From Bacteroidales bacterium (GTDB lineage: Bacteria > Bacteroidota > Bacteroidia > Bacteroidales > UBA12077): DNA of 44,845 nucleotides. Positions 8,822 to 18,472 of the stretch are shown here, piece by piece. Position 1 is the stretch's first letter. Each line of letters opens with the position of its first letter. The notes under the pieces were generated by a model. That model was given only the letters and a program-made list of their open reading frames with translations, did no database searches and was not told where the DNA came from. The stretch covers positions 1-44,845 of the forward strand of contig DAOUTQ010000002.1 in the NCBI GenBank assembly GCA_030668615.1, read 5' to 3'. The position numbers were made by a program, and so were the translations under genes.

Positions 8822-9133
8822 ATGAGTACTGTGCTTAAAATATGGAAAAAGATACTTCCCTTTGCTAAGAATAAATTTATTCTTACGATACTCATATTTA
8901 TTGTTTGGCTTTTATTTTTCGATCGCAACAACTTAATTGACAGAGTTAAGGAGTTAAATCATCTTCGTCAGTTAGAGAAAGATAAAAAATACTACATTGA
9001 ACGCATTGATAAAGATTCGAAACGATTGGAGCAATTAAAAACAAATAACAAGAATCTTGAGAAATTTGCTCGCGAACAATATTTAATGAAAAAAGATAAC
9101 GAAGATATTTTTGTTATTGTTGAAGAGGATTAA
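8822..9133 (+). CDS. Septum formation initiator (FtsB/DivIC-like) protein
   Basis: 103 aa, one N-terminal TM helix followed by a coiled coil (NLIDRVKELNHLRQLEKDKKYYIERI) and the conserved REQYLMKK..EDIFVI tail. Confidence 0.7.
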   Translation: MSTVLKIWKKILPFAKNKFILTILIFIVWLLFFDRNNLIDRVKELNHLRQLEKDKKYYIERIDKDSKRLEQLKTNNKNLEKFAREQYLMKKDNEDIFVIVEED

Positions 9134-10395
9134 AATTGTCTTTCCAGGCTTCTGAATATTTCTAAATAACTTTTATAGTTTTTTTCATTCACCACTTTAT
9201 CTGAAATTAGTTGAAGAAGTTTTTCACTTTCATTCATTAATGCTTGCTTTTCGTAATGATTTTCATGTGCAAAATTTAAGAACTTCAAGACTTTAAATGC
9301 ATCAAACCAATTAAAGAATCGCTTTGTAAATGTTTTAATATTAGAACTATTCAAATTAATTTCGTTAATAGAAGAAGATATCTCATTCTCTATTAAAAAC
9401 TCTGAAATACATTTTGGCAAGTTATTTAATAATTGATCTAAACCATGATCATCAATCCTAAACAATTGGTTTACATTAGATAAAAAACTTTTCAATTCTA
9501 TAAACGAGTCCAAATTATAAGTTAAAAACTCTTCGTTTTTTGATTCAACAATCGATTTGACCATTGGTCCTGTTCCGAACGGAACTCTATCTGACGGTCT
9601 AGAAGAGGGGTAAACACAAGTAGTATTTATTTCATAACAATTACCAAGTGGGAAAATCTTATGCAAAAAGTAGAAGTCTTCGCCTGCTTGCTTTCGATTC
9701 ATTCCACCTTGCTTAACATAAGTATTTGCATTTATTGAAAAACAAGAACCAACCGTATAATATGAATAAGGAAATCCAGTATAATTTAAAGATAGCTTAT
9801 AATATCGCATATAAAGCTCGTATTGGCTTACTGCATCGTAAATATCAGCTTTAAATTCATTTCCTTCAATTGGGTGCTCAAAATAAGTAGTTACTGCATT
9901 TGTTTTGTGGAACTTGTTGAAATGCTTCTCTAATTCCACGAAATAATTAGTTTTTAACTTTGAATCGGCATCAATCGAAACAATAACTCCATTATCTTTA
10001 TCCAATTTATTAAAGCGAGCTATAGCTTGATCCATTCCAATCTTTCTTGCCAGACCTGCACCTGCAAACTTTTTAGGTAAATCTTTTTCGTGCAGAATAA
10101 AAAAACGAAGTGAAGAATCTTCATGCTGAGCAATCCAATTTTTCACCTCGTTAAATGTTTTTATATTTTGATCTAATATTTCTTGTTGTGTATCTTCAGA
10201 TGAATTAATTACAATTATTACTTCAATTGAAGATTTGATTTTTTCACAATTCCTTATTGAGATAAGAGTTTCAATTAAATTAAACTCATTAAAACATGGA
10301 ATTACAGCAATAAATTTAAGATCGGGTTGTGGTTTACTTTGAATTTTTACTTGAAAATCCTTTTGTCTTTCAAAATAAAAATCTGCAAAACCCAT
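9130..10395 (-). CDS. Family 2 glycosyltransferase with C-terminal extension
   Basis: GT-A start motif (IAVIPCFNE), DxD-like SIDADS, and a central Q/R-x-x-RW-region analogue. 421 aa. Its stop overlaps the FtsB-like gene's stop (TTAA). Confidence 0.8.
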   Translation of the reverse strand: MGFADFYFERQKDFQVKIQSKPQPDLKFIAVIPCFNEFNLIETLISIRNCEKIKSSIEVIIVINSSEDTQQEILDQNIKTFNEVKNWIAQHEDSSLRFFILHEKDLPKKFAGAGLARKIGMDQAIARFNKLDKDNGVIVSIDADSKLKTNYFVELEKHFNKFHKTNAVTTYFEHPIEGNEFKADIYDAVSQYELYMRYYKLSLNYTGFPYSYYTVGSCFSINANTYVKQGGMNRKQAGEDFYFLHKIFPLGNCYEINTTCVYPSSRPSDRVPFGTGPMVKSIVESKNEEFLTYNLDSFIELKSFLSNVNQLFRIDDHGLDQLLNNLPKCISEFLIENEISSSINEINLNSSNIKTFTKRFFNWFDAFKVLKFLNFAHENHYEKQALMNESEKLLQLISDKVVNEKNYKSYLEIFRSLERQF

Positions 10396-10406
10396 TTCAA
10401 ATTATC

Positions 10407-11012
10407 TTATTCCTTTGTTTTTTCGTACTTTACGTTAAGTCCCTCAAGTACATCACTTGTAATATTCAGGCTCTTATCTGTATATAGAAGTTGTCCACCG
10501 AACGAATTACTAAAAATATACTTGTAATTATATTCAGCATTATACTCTTCAAGATACGACATCACTTCATTTAACACCTGACGATACATAACCTGCTCTT
10601 CTTCTGATAACTGCCTAGCTAAATTATCTCTGGTAGCATACAATTGCTGTTCTTTTTGAGCAAGTTCCTGTTGTAACATCTGAGCCTTTGTTCTTGTAAT
10701 TAAGCCTTTGTTCATCTTATCTTGAAAATCACGAACTTCGTTTTCGAATTTCTTTGATTGTATTTGTAACTCAGCTTCTGATTCATTTCTCTTTTGAGTC
10801 AATTCATCACTCTTATCGATAAATAAATCGTAATTTCTAATCAAAGTATCAATGTTTACATAAGCAATAGCATAATCTCTGTTAATTTCTACTTCTGCAC
10901 CATCTTCATTTACTTCTACTTTAGAAGTATTATTCCCGGAAAAATGTAAAAAATAGATTCCCCCAACAGCTATGATCAAAACTATATTTAACCAAAGAGA
11001 AAGTTTTTTCAT
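10407..11012 (-). CDS. OmpH/Skp-family periplasmic chaperone
   Basis: Signal/anchor helix, then a long Gln/Glu/Lys-rich coiled-coil core (ELQIQSKKFENEVRDFQDKMNKG..TKAQMLQQELAQKEQQL) typical of OmpH. Confidence 0.8.
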   Translation of the reverse strand: MKKLSLWLNIVLIIAVGGIYFLHFSGNNTSKVEVNEDGAEVEINRDYAIAYVNIDTLIRNYDLFIDKSDELTQKRNESEAELQIQSKKFENEVRDFQDKMNKGLITRTKAQMLQQELAQKEQQLYATRDNLARQLSEEEQVMYRQVLNEVMSYLEEYNAEYNYKYIFSNSFGGQLLYTDKSLNITSDVLEGLNVKYEKTKE

Positions 11013-11050
11013 AATTAATTGATTTAATTTTTATTTGTTATTTAAGAAAG

Positions 11051-11058
11051 CAAATATA
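11051..11058 (-). promoter_or_regulatory. Candidate -7 promoter box for the OmpH-like gene
   Basis: Plus-strand CAAATATA equals TATATTTG on the minus strand, about 39 nt upstream of the start at 11012. Confidence 0.35.
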
Positions 11059-11189
11059 ATTGAATATACACATACCTAAAAGAAATTTAACTTTTTTTAA
11101 GCAAACCTTTATAAATCATTGCAAATGAACTGGGATTAAAGATGCTTTTGGATTAAAAAGCTGGAAAATGAGGTAAGAAAATTAATAAA

Positions 11190-12191
11190 CTAAAAAGCAG
11201 GACAAGGAATCCCTTTTCTTTTTTCTCTTTGAGTAACTCCTTGATTGAAAAAGTAATTTAACGATATTTCGTGAGTTCCTCCTGTCAATCCCGTTAATTT
11301 TGAGATAGTTAAATCATAACTATAGCCAACACTAACCTGATCTATTTTGAACCCTAACAAAAAAGCCAGAGCATCATTACTGACAAGTTCTTTAAACACT
11401 GGTATTCCCCTGTACCAAAGCCCAATTACTAAAGGCATCTGATACCAATACAATCCAAGATCTAACTGTGTATACTTGTCCTGCATTTTAAACAAGAAAG
11501 ATGGTGAAATACTTTGCCCACTGGCCCAGTTATACCTATCAAAAATTTTAAATTTAGTCCCACCATATATTGAGAATTTAAAAGGGTCTTCGATAACATC
11601 TCCAGTTAATGAACGATTTGGTTTTAAAATTCTATCCCAGGTAAATCCCATCCAATAATTTTTATTATATGCTAATACTGAAAATGAAGCATCAATATCA
11701 GCCTTTTTTTCTAAAATTTGAAGTTCGCCAGTTCCTGTAGTTATATCGCTTCTTAACTCATCCTCAAAAAGTAAAGCATCAAAATCAATATTCCTTTGAG
11801 TATAGAAAAAACTTAAACCCGGACTTACTCTCCATTTATTCCTAAAACTGAACTTATATGAATAGGCAATTCCTATATTGGTTGTAGAAAGATTACTTGC
11901 TCCAGCTTGCTCTCTATATACTAATATTCCAACACCACTCTTCAAATGAGGAAAGTAATGATCATAACCTAATGAATAAGTTTGAAATGATTTAGTTAAT
12001 GCTGGCCACTGATTTCTATAATTTAGTGCGATACGATCGCCGTCAGTCGATCCTGCAAATGAAGGAGCTAAGTATAGCGGACTTGCATAAAATTGCGAAA
12101 ACTGAGAATCCTGAGAAAACCCTGTTTTAATTAAAAAGAGACTAAAAGTAATTAATATATATAATCGTTTCACAATTATTATTTTCCTCAT
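11190..12191 (-). CDS. porP: PorP/SprF-family type IX secretion system membrane protein
   Basis: Signal peptide, then the family-defining N-terminal motif QDSQFSQFYASPLYLAPSFAG. Beta-barrel-like alternating sequence, 333 aa. Sits immediately downstream of a type-B CTD cargo gene. Confidence 0.85.
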   Translation of the reverse strand: MRKIIIVKRLYILITFSLFLIKTGFSQDSQFSQFYASPLYLAPSFAGSTDGDRIALNYRNQWPALTKSFQTYSLGYDHYFPHLKSGVGILVYREQAGASNLSTTNIGIAYSYKFSFRNKWRVSPGLSFFYTQRNIDFDALLFEDELRSDITTGTGELQILEKKADIDASFSVLAYNKNYWMGFTWDRILKPNRSLTGDVIEDPFKFSIYGGTKFKIFDRYNWASGQSISPSFLFKMQDKYTQLDLGLYWYQMPLVIGLWYRGIPVFKELVSNDALAFLLGFKIDQVSVGYSYDLTISKLTGLTGGTHEISLNYFFNQGVTQREKRKGIPCPAF

Positions 12192-12315
12192 TTATAGTAA
12201 TCTCGGTATCCATTTAACGCACTATACCCTCTTAAATTGTAAATTTATAAATATTTTCAGTTCTTACAACTATGTTTAAAATAAATACTATTAACAATTT
12301 ATTAATTGTACAAAC

Positions 12316-15300
12316 TTATTTTACCAGAGTTATATCACCAGCTAGTTCAAAAGCTCTTCCATTTGTAAACTTACCTTCTGCTTTCCATACATAAACATCA
12401 GGCTTTGCTAATTCTCCATTAATCTTACCATCCCAACCAGCATTTAGATCTTTTGTTGTAAAAACTAATTCTCCCCACCTTGTGTAAAGCAGCAATTCGT
12501 ATTTTATAACTCCCTCAGATACAGGCCTGAATATATCGTTCAAGCCATCACCGTTTGGAGTAAATGCATTCGGGAATGTAATTTCACCTGCTCCTAATAT
12601 CTCAATTTCCTCTACTTTTAATAATGAATCTACACATCCATTAAAAGTAGTTACTGTTAGTCCAACATCATAAAATCCCAAGTCTGTATAGTTATGTGTT
12701 ACATCCCGCGATATTGCTGTTTCACCATCCCCAAAATCCCATAAGTATGAACAACCTGAAGTATCATTACATTCAGATAAATTAAAAAATTCAACTCTTG
12801 CAACCAAATCGTAATTCAGCATAGATGATCTTGGTGAAACTTCGAAATTGGCAACAGGGTTAGAATATACACGTATGGTTTCATATTCATAGTCTTCACC
12901 ACCTGTTCCTGTAGCAGTTAATTTAACGTAATAAACTCCGGCTTTTGCAAAATTATGATCAACTATCTGTCCTGTAGCTGTTTCTCCGTCACCAAACTCC
13001 CAGAAATACTCATAAGTCTCTGAATAAGAAGATGAAGCAGCCGTGAATATTACATCAAGCCCATCCTGTAAACAACCTTCCGTTTTGTCTGTAATAAAAT
13101 CTGCGTTTATGTCAGGAGGTAAAATTTCAATAGTTCTTGTAATATCATCAGTACATGCACTGGTCTGGCTATTAACTGTAAGTTTGACATCGTATTCACC
13201 CCAATGATCATAAAGATGACTTCCTGGCTCCTTATCGGTTGATGTCTCTCCATCATCAAATTCCCACAAGTAATCAAAAGGACCATTATTTGTTTTATTA
13301 TCAATATCAGCCTGATTGTCAGGAAATTTTTGTACAATCGGATTAATGTCAAACTCTGCTATAGGTTGTACATATGCCGTAACTGGTTTGTAAATAGTAT
13401 CCCTACAATCGTACTCCGATCTTGCAACCATCATTATATCATAAATACGATCTGTTGTCCATGTATTTGTGAAAGTATGTACAGGGTCAATATCATTCGA
13501 TGTTCCATCTCCTCCAAAATCCCAATAAAAATACTGTGCAGGATCAGATGACGGATCAGAATCAAAACTAACTGTTATTGGACTACATCCTGTTTGCGGA
13601 GTAACTATAAAGTCAGCAATTACATCTGGGAAAACGTTTAATACTAACGAAGCACTATCGCTACAATCATTTACTGTAGTAACCCAATGTTCAAGAGTGT
13701 AATTTTGAACAACATTTACAAGAGTATTTGGATATGTATGCGCCAAACTAGTATTTGTTGTATTTGTACTTCCATCACCAAAACGCCACTCGAATGAATC
13801 ATATCCATCTGAATCAAAATTATTCATATTAGCGACAAGGTCGGGACATGAAGAAGTATTATCAATCCAAAACTTAGAAAATGGTAAATGATACACCGAT
13901 ACCTGATCTGTAATAGTATCGGAGCAATAATTTGCAGATAAAACAATTTGTTCTATGGTGTAATTCAAATCTGCAGTACGACTCGGATTATAGAAAGTAT
14001 GAGTTGGGCTATCAGCTCCAGAAGAAGCCCCATCTCCGAAATCCCATATATATGTTGTTGATGGAGGAACCTGAGAGGCATCTGTAAAATCTACATCCAA
14101 AGGATTACATCCATTATCAATATCCATAGTAAAACCAGCAGTAACATCTTCAAATACAGTTACAGTATCTATTTTTTCTGATGAACAACCCCAGGCATTC
14201 TCTGCGATCAGTTTTACCTGATAATCACGTGTTGCAAGAAAAAGGACATTATCGTATATATGTACAAAATCTGATTTATCTACAGGAGACCCTCCAACAG
14301 GAGCTCCATCAATCTGCCACTCATAATTATTTGCTGCATTTCCTATTGACGTATTCAGTACAGTAGTATTAAATGGAGGACAGCCCTCATTATCTGTAAT
14401 TGAAAAATTTGCAAATACATTTGAATAAACCGTTATATCAAGAGTTGTGTCATGTGTGCAACCATGAGCAGATTCAGCAACTAAATTAACCGTATATAAT
14501 ATATCATTAGTTGTTGTATTTGTGAAAATATGACTAATATCTGGGCTAGCTTTTGTTGAAGCGCCAGATGTACCATCGTTAAAATTCCATGAAAAAAATT
14601 CAGCATCGGAAAGCGGATCAGTTTGATTATCAAAAACAACAGTATCAGGAGTACAGCCTGCATATATCCCATCATCTGTATCAAATATTGCCGTTACAGC
14701 TGAATGTACTAATATTTCACGTGTCAATGTATCCTGACAACCATTTAGATTTTCTGCGATTAATGTCAGATAAAATGTTTGATCTGTACCTGATGTATTT
14801 GTATAAGTTCTATTAATAATCTCAGTATCGTTATTTGACAAATAATCTTCGACACCTGCTCCAGTTGCAGAATTCCAGTACCATCTGTATATTCCTCCCT
14901 TTGAATTATTTGAAATTTCCACATCCACAGGAGAACAGCCTTCTGAAACGTTAAGGATATAAGATGCTCTTACGAAAGGATCTACAATTACCGTTGTTGC
15001 AGTATTATCATCACATCCCAAAGGAGTTACCACATTTAGCGTTACATCATATGTTTTTTGTGCTGCAGTAAGGTTTTTATATAAATGTGTAGGATCTGTA
15101 AGTGGAGAAGATGCTCCATCACCAAAATTCCATACATAATCAACACCTACTAATGAAGCATGCGATATTGTAGATGTAAAACTAATCTCCGTTGAGTCAC
15201 AAATAGTTTGATCTAAAGGTGTTATAGCATCAATATGAATTTCAGGAAATATCTTCATTTCTATACTATCTCTTGAACTACAACCACTTGTTCCAGTTAC

Positions 15301-18300
15301 TTCAAGAACTAATAAATTTGTATCTGTTTCAAATCCAATATTATTATATGTATATGGCAGTGGATCTTCCAAAATACTTGTTCCTATTCCATCACCATAA
15401 TCCCAATCCCAATTTGTAATACTATTTCCAATAGACATATTTACAATATTAACCTCAACAGGAGAACAGCCATCAATAGTATCTACATAAAAGTCTGCAT
15501 ATGCCCTATACATATTTATGGTATTTGACGTATCGTCAAAACAACCATAAATCGATTCAGCATGCAGATTAAAAGTATAAACAGTGTCATCCTGAAAAAT
15601 ATTTTTATAAATATGATCTACTGATGCTGCAGCTGAATTTGAGTTAGTACCGTCACCAAATGACCATATAATATCTGTAGTGGTATGAACACCAAAATTA
15701 GACAAATTATTAAATGTTAATGTATCAGTATTACATTCACTGTATGGGTCAATCGTATAATTTGCTCTTATTTCGGGATAAACTATTACAGTATCATCCC
15801 ATATTTTTATACATCCTTCATCATTATAAACAAATAATTCAACGGTATTTGTATCAACATTAACTCCAATATTAGTATAAGTATGCAGAATAGCACCAAA
15901 AGTAGCAGCTTTCAATGTATCACCGTCACCGTACACTAATGCTATAGAATCTTCAAAAACAGAATTATTAGTAAATGTTACATCAAGCGGTGAACATCCT
16001 TCATAATTATCAAGTGTAAAACCAGCCTCAAGATATGGATGCAACAGTATATTCATATTCATTGTATCTCTACAAAAGAACTGAGATCTGACAACCAACT
16101 CGGCATCATAAATTGTATCAGAATTCATGATATTTGTATACAAATTAGATGGACTTGTATCTGTACTTGATACACCATCTCCAAATTTCCAATAATAAAA
16201 ATCTTCGTTGGAGGAATTATTAACAAAATCAACAAAATGTGGACTACAACCAATTGTATCATCAAGATTGGTTAATGTAAAATTTGCAACAATATCAGGA
16301 TATACAATAATTGATGCATGAGCTGTATCAACGCAGTCATTTGAATTTTTAACCAATAATCGAATCTGAAAATCCTGAATAGAATCAGGATCGGCTTCAT
16401 TTGTTGTATTAATAAAAGTATGTATAAAAGTAGTATCAGTATCGTAATTATTATTATCACCAAACAATATTGTATCTCTATCCTGAAAAACACCTATGCT
16501 TGAAAAATTAAAATCCCAGTAACGTTCATTAATTTGTGTCGATGTTTCATGAAATTCTATTTCTAATGGAGAACAACCATTCCCCAAATTAACAGAAAAC
16601 TGTGCCTCAACGTTAGGAAATTTTGTAACAGTTACATAAGCTGTGTCAGTTAATCCACATGCTCCACTAACTTCGACACCGAATATTGTTGAAGTTCCTG
16701 CAGGAGGATCTGCAATTGGTCTGGCAATAGACGGATCACTTAAATAATTGGCTGGCCACCAGTCGAATGTAGTACCGCCTGAAGAATACAACTGAATTTG
16801 TTCATAACTACAAGCTCTGATCTCACCGGACCCACTACCAGTTGCTTCAGCATTTACCTTTAGTTCGTTAAAATCAGAAAAATAGCCAAATCGACATCCT
16901 GAAGATGGTCCTCCATTAATAACACCAAGATGAAACACATCTTCAGTATTTTGCACCAATGTTGAAACATTAATTGGAATATCTGCAGTAGCAATATTAG
17001 CAGATCGCCACACTCTCCAAGAAGTTCCAGGAATAAGTGTAAAATCATTAGGACCAAAAAACACACCATTAGGAAGATCTCCACCGTCTACATCCTGCAA
17101 GACGCCATTAATATAAAATTCTTCTTGTGCTCCATCCCATACCATTAAATTAATTAGAAAAGCTTCACTAGTAGAACGTGTAATCGCAACCTCTGTTGAA
17201 CCAGTACATTTATCTGTGGGTGGTAAAATTGCTCCACCTACTTCACATCCCCAACCAGAAACATGCAATACGCTAATTTTCTTATCTCCAGCTACATGAA
17301 CAAATGGATTACCTGAAGCCCAAAACTCATGCATATAAGTTTCTCCCTCATCAATATTTGCAACCCATACACCATCAATTGAGATATCAGTATTATCTTC
17401 TGTTGCAACCACATATACATTTTCAGGTGCAGAAGTTAAACCACCTCTCATTGCAATATATTCCAATCCCAAAATATCCAGAGGAACCATCTGATCACCA
17501 ATCAAGTCATAACAACCTCCAGTCCATCCATCAACACAATAATATCTTACCGAGTCGTCTTTCTTTGTAATTGCAATATCCTTATCTGATGTCACTCTGA
17601 CTCCACCAAGATGATCCTGTGCTGCACGTCCAAAAAAATCATTTGCATATTTTGTTAAATTACATGTTGGAAGACCCGATCCTGTTGGTACATTTGTATT
17701 CCATTGCGGCACTAATGAAAGTGTTTGTCCTTTATCGAGATTCACATTAAAAATTCCTACACCATAACCATAAAAGTCCTGTCCCTGAGTTGATTCAAAT
17801 GTAACCCAGGTATTATCTTCAGTTGCAACTATTTCCAGTGCAGAATACGCCGGAGCACTCCACCCGCTTCCCGACATATTATAACCATTATTCTGAAATA
17901 CTCCATAGAATTCAGTCCCTAAAGCATTATTACCTTTCAATGGAAAAATATCACAATTATTTGTTCTGCTAACTTCATAATAAACTGTCACAGGGTTAGT
18001 AGACTCAATATATATTCCCTTATTACTTTTACCAGGAACTCCATCTAAAAAATCATAAAAGTGCTCCACCTCAGGTTGTAGACCTAAAGCAGTTAAATCG
18101 ATTGTAATTGTTGAATTTGCAGCAATACTATAATTTAGCGTTGGGAAATTTGTTGTATTCTGTGGCATAGTAATTTCCACATCAGCCGGCAGAGTTGCTG
18201 TAGTAATTCTAAATAAAACAGGTGCATCGCCATGTGAAACACTCACTTCAGGTGCCACAAACCAAAATTCGGTATCTGTTTGCCCAAATACACAAATATT

Positions 18301-18339
18301 TAGGGCTAATGCTACTATTAAAAATAAAAATCTTTTCAT
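12316..18339 (-). CDS. Giant T9SS cargo: N-terminal about 580-aa domain, about 15 PKD-like repeats, C-terminal type-B sorting domain (gliding-motility-associated CTD)
   Basis: Signal peptide. Repeated W.FGDG..S....P.H.Y modules. C-terminus FPNAFTPNGDGLNDIFRP...WDGK...VYVW matches the type-B CTD (CHU_C / TIGR04131-like). Confidence 0.9.
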   Translation of the reverse strand: MKRFLFLIVALALNICVFGQTDTEFWFVAPEVSVSHGDAPVLFRITTATLPADVEITMPQNTTNFPTLNYSIAANSTITIDLTALGLQPEVEHFYDFLDGVPGKSNKGIYIESTNPVTVYYEVSRTNNCDIFPLKGNNALGTEFYGVFQNNGYNMSGSGWSAPAYSALEIVATEDNTWVTFESTQGQDFYGYGVGIFNVNLDKGQTLSLVPQWNTNVPTGSGLPTCNLTKYANDFFGRAAQDHLGGVRVTSDKDIAITKKDDSVRYYCVDGWTGGCYDLIGDQMVPLDILGLEYIAMRGGLTSAPENVYVVATEDNTDISIDGVWVANIDEGETYMHEFWASGNPFVHVAGDKKISVLHVSGWGCEVGGAILPPTDKCTGSTEVAITRSTSEAFLINLMVWDGAQEEFYINGVLQDVDGGDLPNGVFFGPNDFTLIPGTSWRVWRSANIATADIPINVSTLVQNTEDVFHLGVINGGPSSGCRFGYFSDFNELKVNAEATGSGSGEIRACSYEQIQLYSSGGTTFDWWPANYLSDPSIARPIADPPAGTSTIFGVEVSGACGLTDTAYVTVTKFPNVEAQFSVNLGNGCSPLEIEFHETSTQINERYWDFNFSSIGVFQDRDTILFGDNNNYDTDTTFIHTFINTTNEADPDSIQDFQIRLLVKNSNDCVDTAHASIIVYPDIVANFTLTNLDDTIGCSPHFVDFVNNSSNEDFYYWKFGDGVSSTDTSPSNLYTNIMNSDTIYDAELVVRSQFFCRDTMNMNILLHPYLEAGFTLDNYEGCSPLDVTFTNNSVFEDSIALVYGDGDTLKAATFGAILHTYTNIGVNVDTNTVELFVYNDEGCIKIWDDTVIVYPEIRANYTIDPYSECNTDTLTFNNLSNFGVHTTTDIIWSFGDGTNSNSAAASVDHIYKNIFQDDTVYTFNLHAESIYGCFDDTSNTINMYRAYADFYVDTIDGCSPVEVNIVNMSIGNSITNWDWDYGDGIGTSILEDPLPYTYNNIGFETDTNLLVLEVTGTSGCSSRDSIEMKIFPEIHIDAITPLDQTICDSTEISFTSTISHASLVGVDYVWNFGDGASSPLTDPTHLYKNLTAAQKTYDVTLNVVTPLGCDDNTATTVIVDPFVRASYILNVSEGCSPVDVEISNNSKGGIYRWYWNSATGAGVEDYLSNNDTEIINRTYTNTSGTDQTFYLTLIAENLNGCQDTLTREILVHSAVTAIFDTDDGIYAGCTPDTVVFDNQTDPLSDAEFFSWNFNDGTSGASTKASPDISHIFTNTTTNDILYTVNLVAESAHGCTHDTTLDITVYSNVFANFSITDNEGCPPFNTTVLNTSIGNAANNYEWQIDGAPVGGSPVDKSDFVHIYDNVLFLATRDYQVKLIAENAWGCSSEKIDTVTVFEDVTAGFTMDIDNGCNPLDVDFTDASQVPPSTTYIWDFGDGASSGADSPTHTFYNPSRTADLNYTIEQIVLSANYCSDTITDQVSVYHLPFSKFWIDNTSSCPDLVANMNNFDSDGYDSFEWRFGDGSTNTTNTSLAHTYPNTLVNVVQNYTLEHWVTTVNDCSDSASLVLNVFPDVIADFIVTPQTGCSPITVSFDSDPSSDPAQYFYWDFGGDGTSNDIDPVHTFTNTWTTDRIYDIMMVARSEYDCRDTIYKPVTAYVQPIAEFDINPIVQKFPDNQADIDNKTNNGPFDYLWEFDDGETSTDKEPGSHLYDHWGEYDVKLTVNSQTSACTDDITRTIEILPPDINADFITDKTEGCLQDGLDVIFTAASSSYSETYEYFWEFGDGETATGQIVDHNFAKAGVYYVKLTATGTGGEDYEYETIRVYSNPVANFEVSPRSSMLNYDLVARVEFFNLSECNDTSGCSYLWDFGDGETAISRDVTHNYTDLGFYDVGLTVTTFNGCVDSLLKVEEIEILGAGEITFPNAFTPNGDGLNDIFRPVSEGVIKYELLLYTRWGELVFTTKDLNAGWDGKINGELAKPDVYVWKAEGKFTNGRAFELAGDITLVK

Positions 18340-18472
18340 TTATTTGTATGATTTGAAAAGTAAATATATCCTTTTTATAAACAATTTTCTTAAATTTACG
18401 TAAGAAAAAATGGCGTTTATGGAAAAGTATACGAAAAACGCAACCTAAGGTTTTAGAGATTTTTAATTAATA

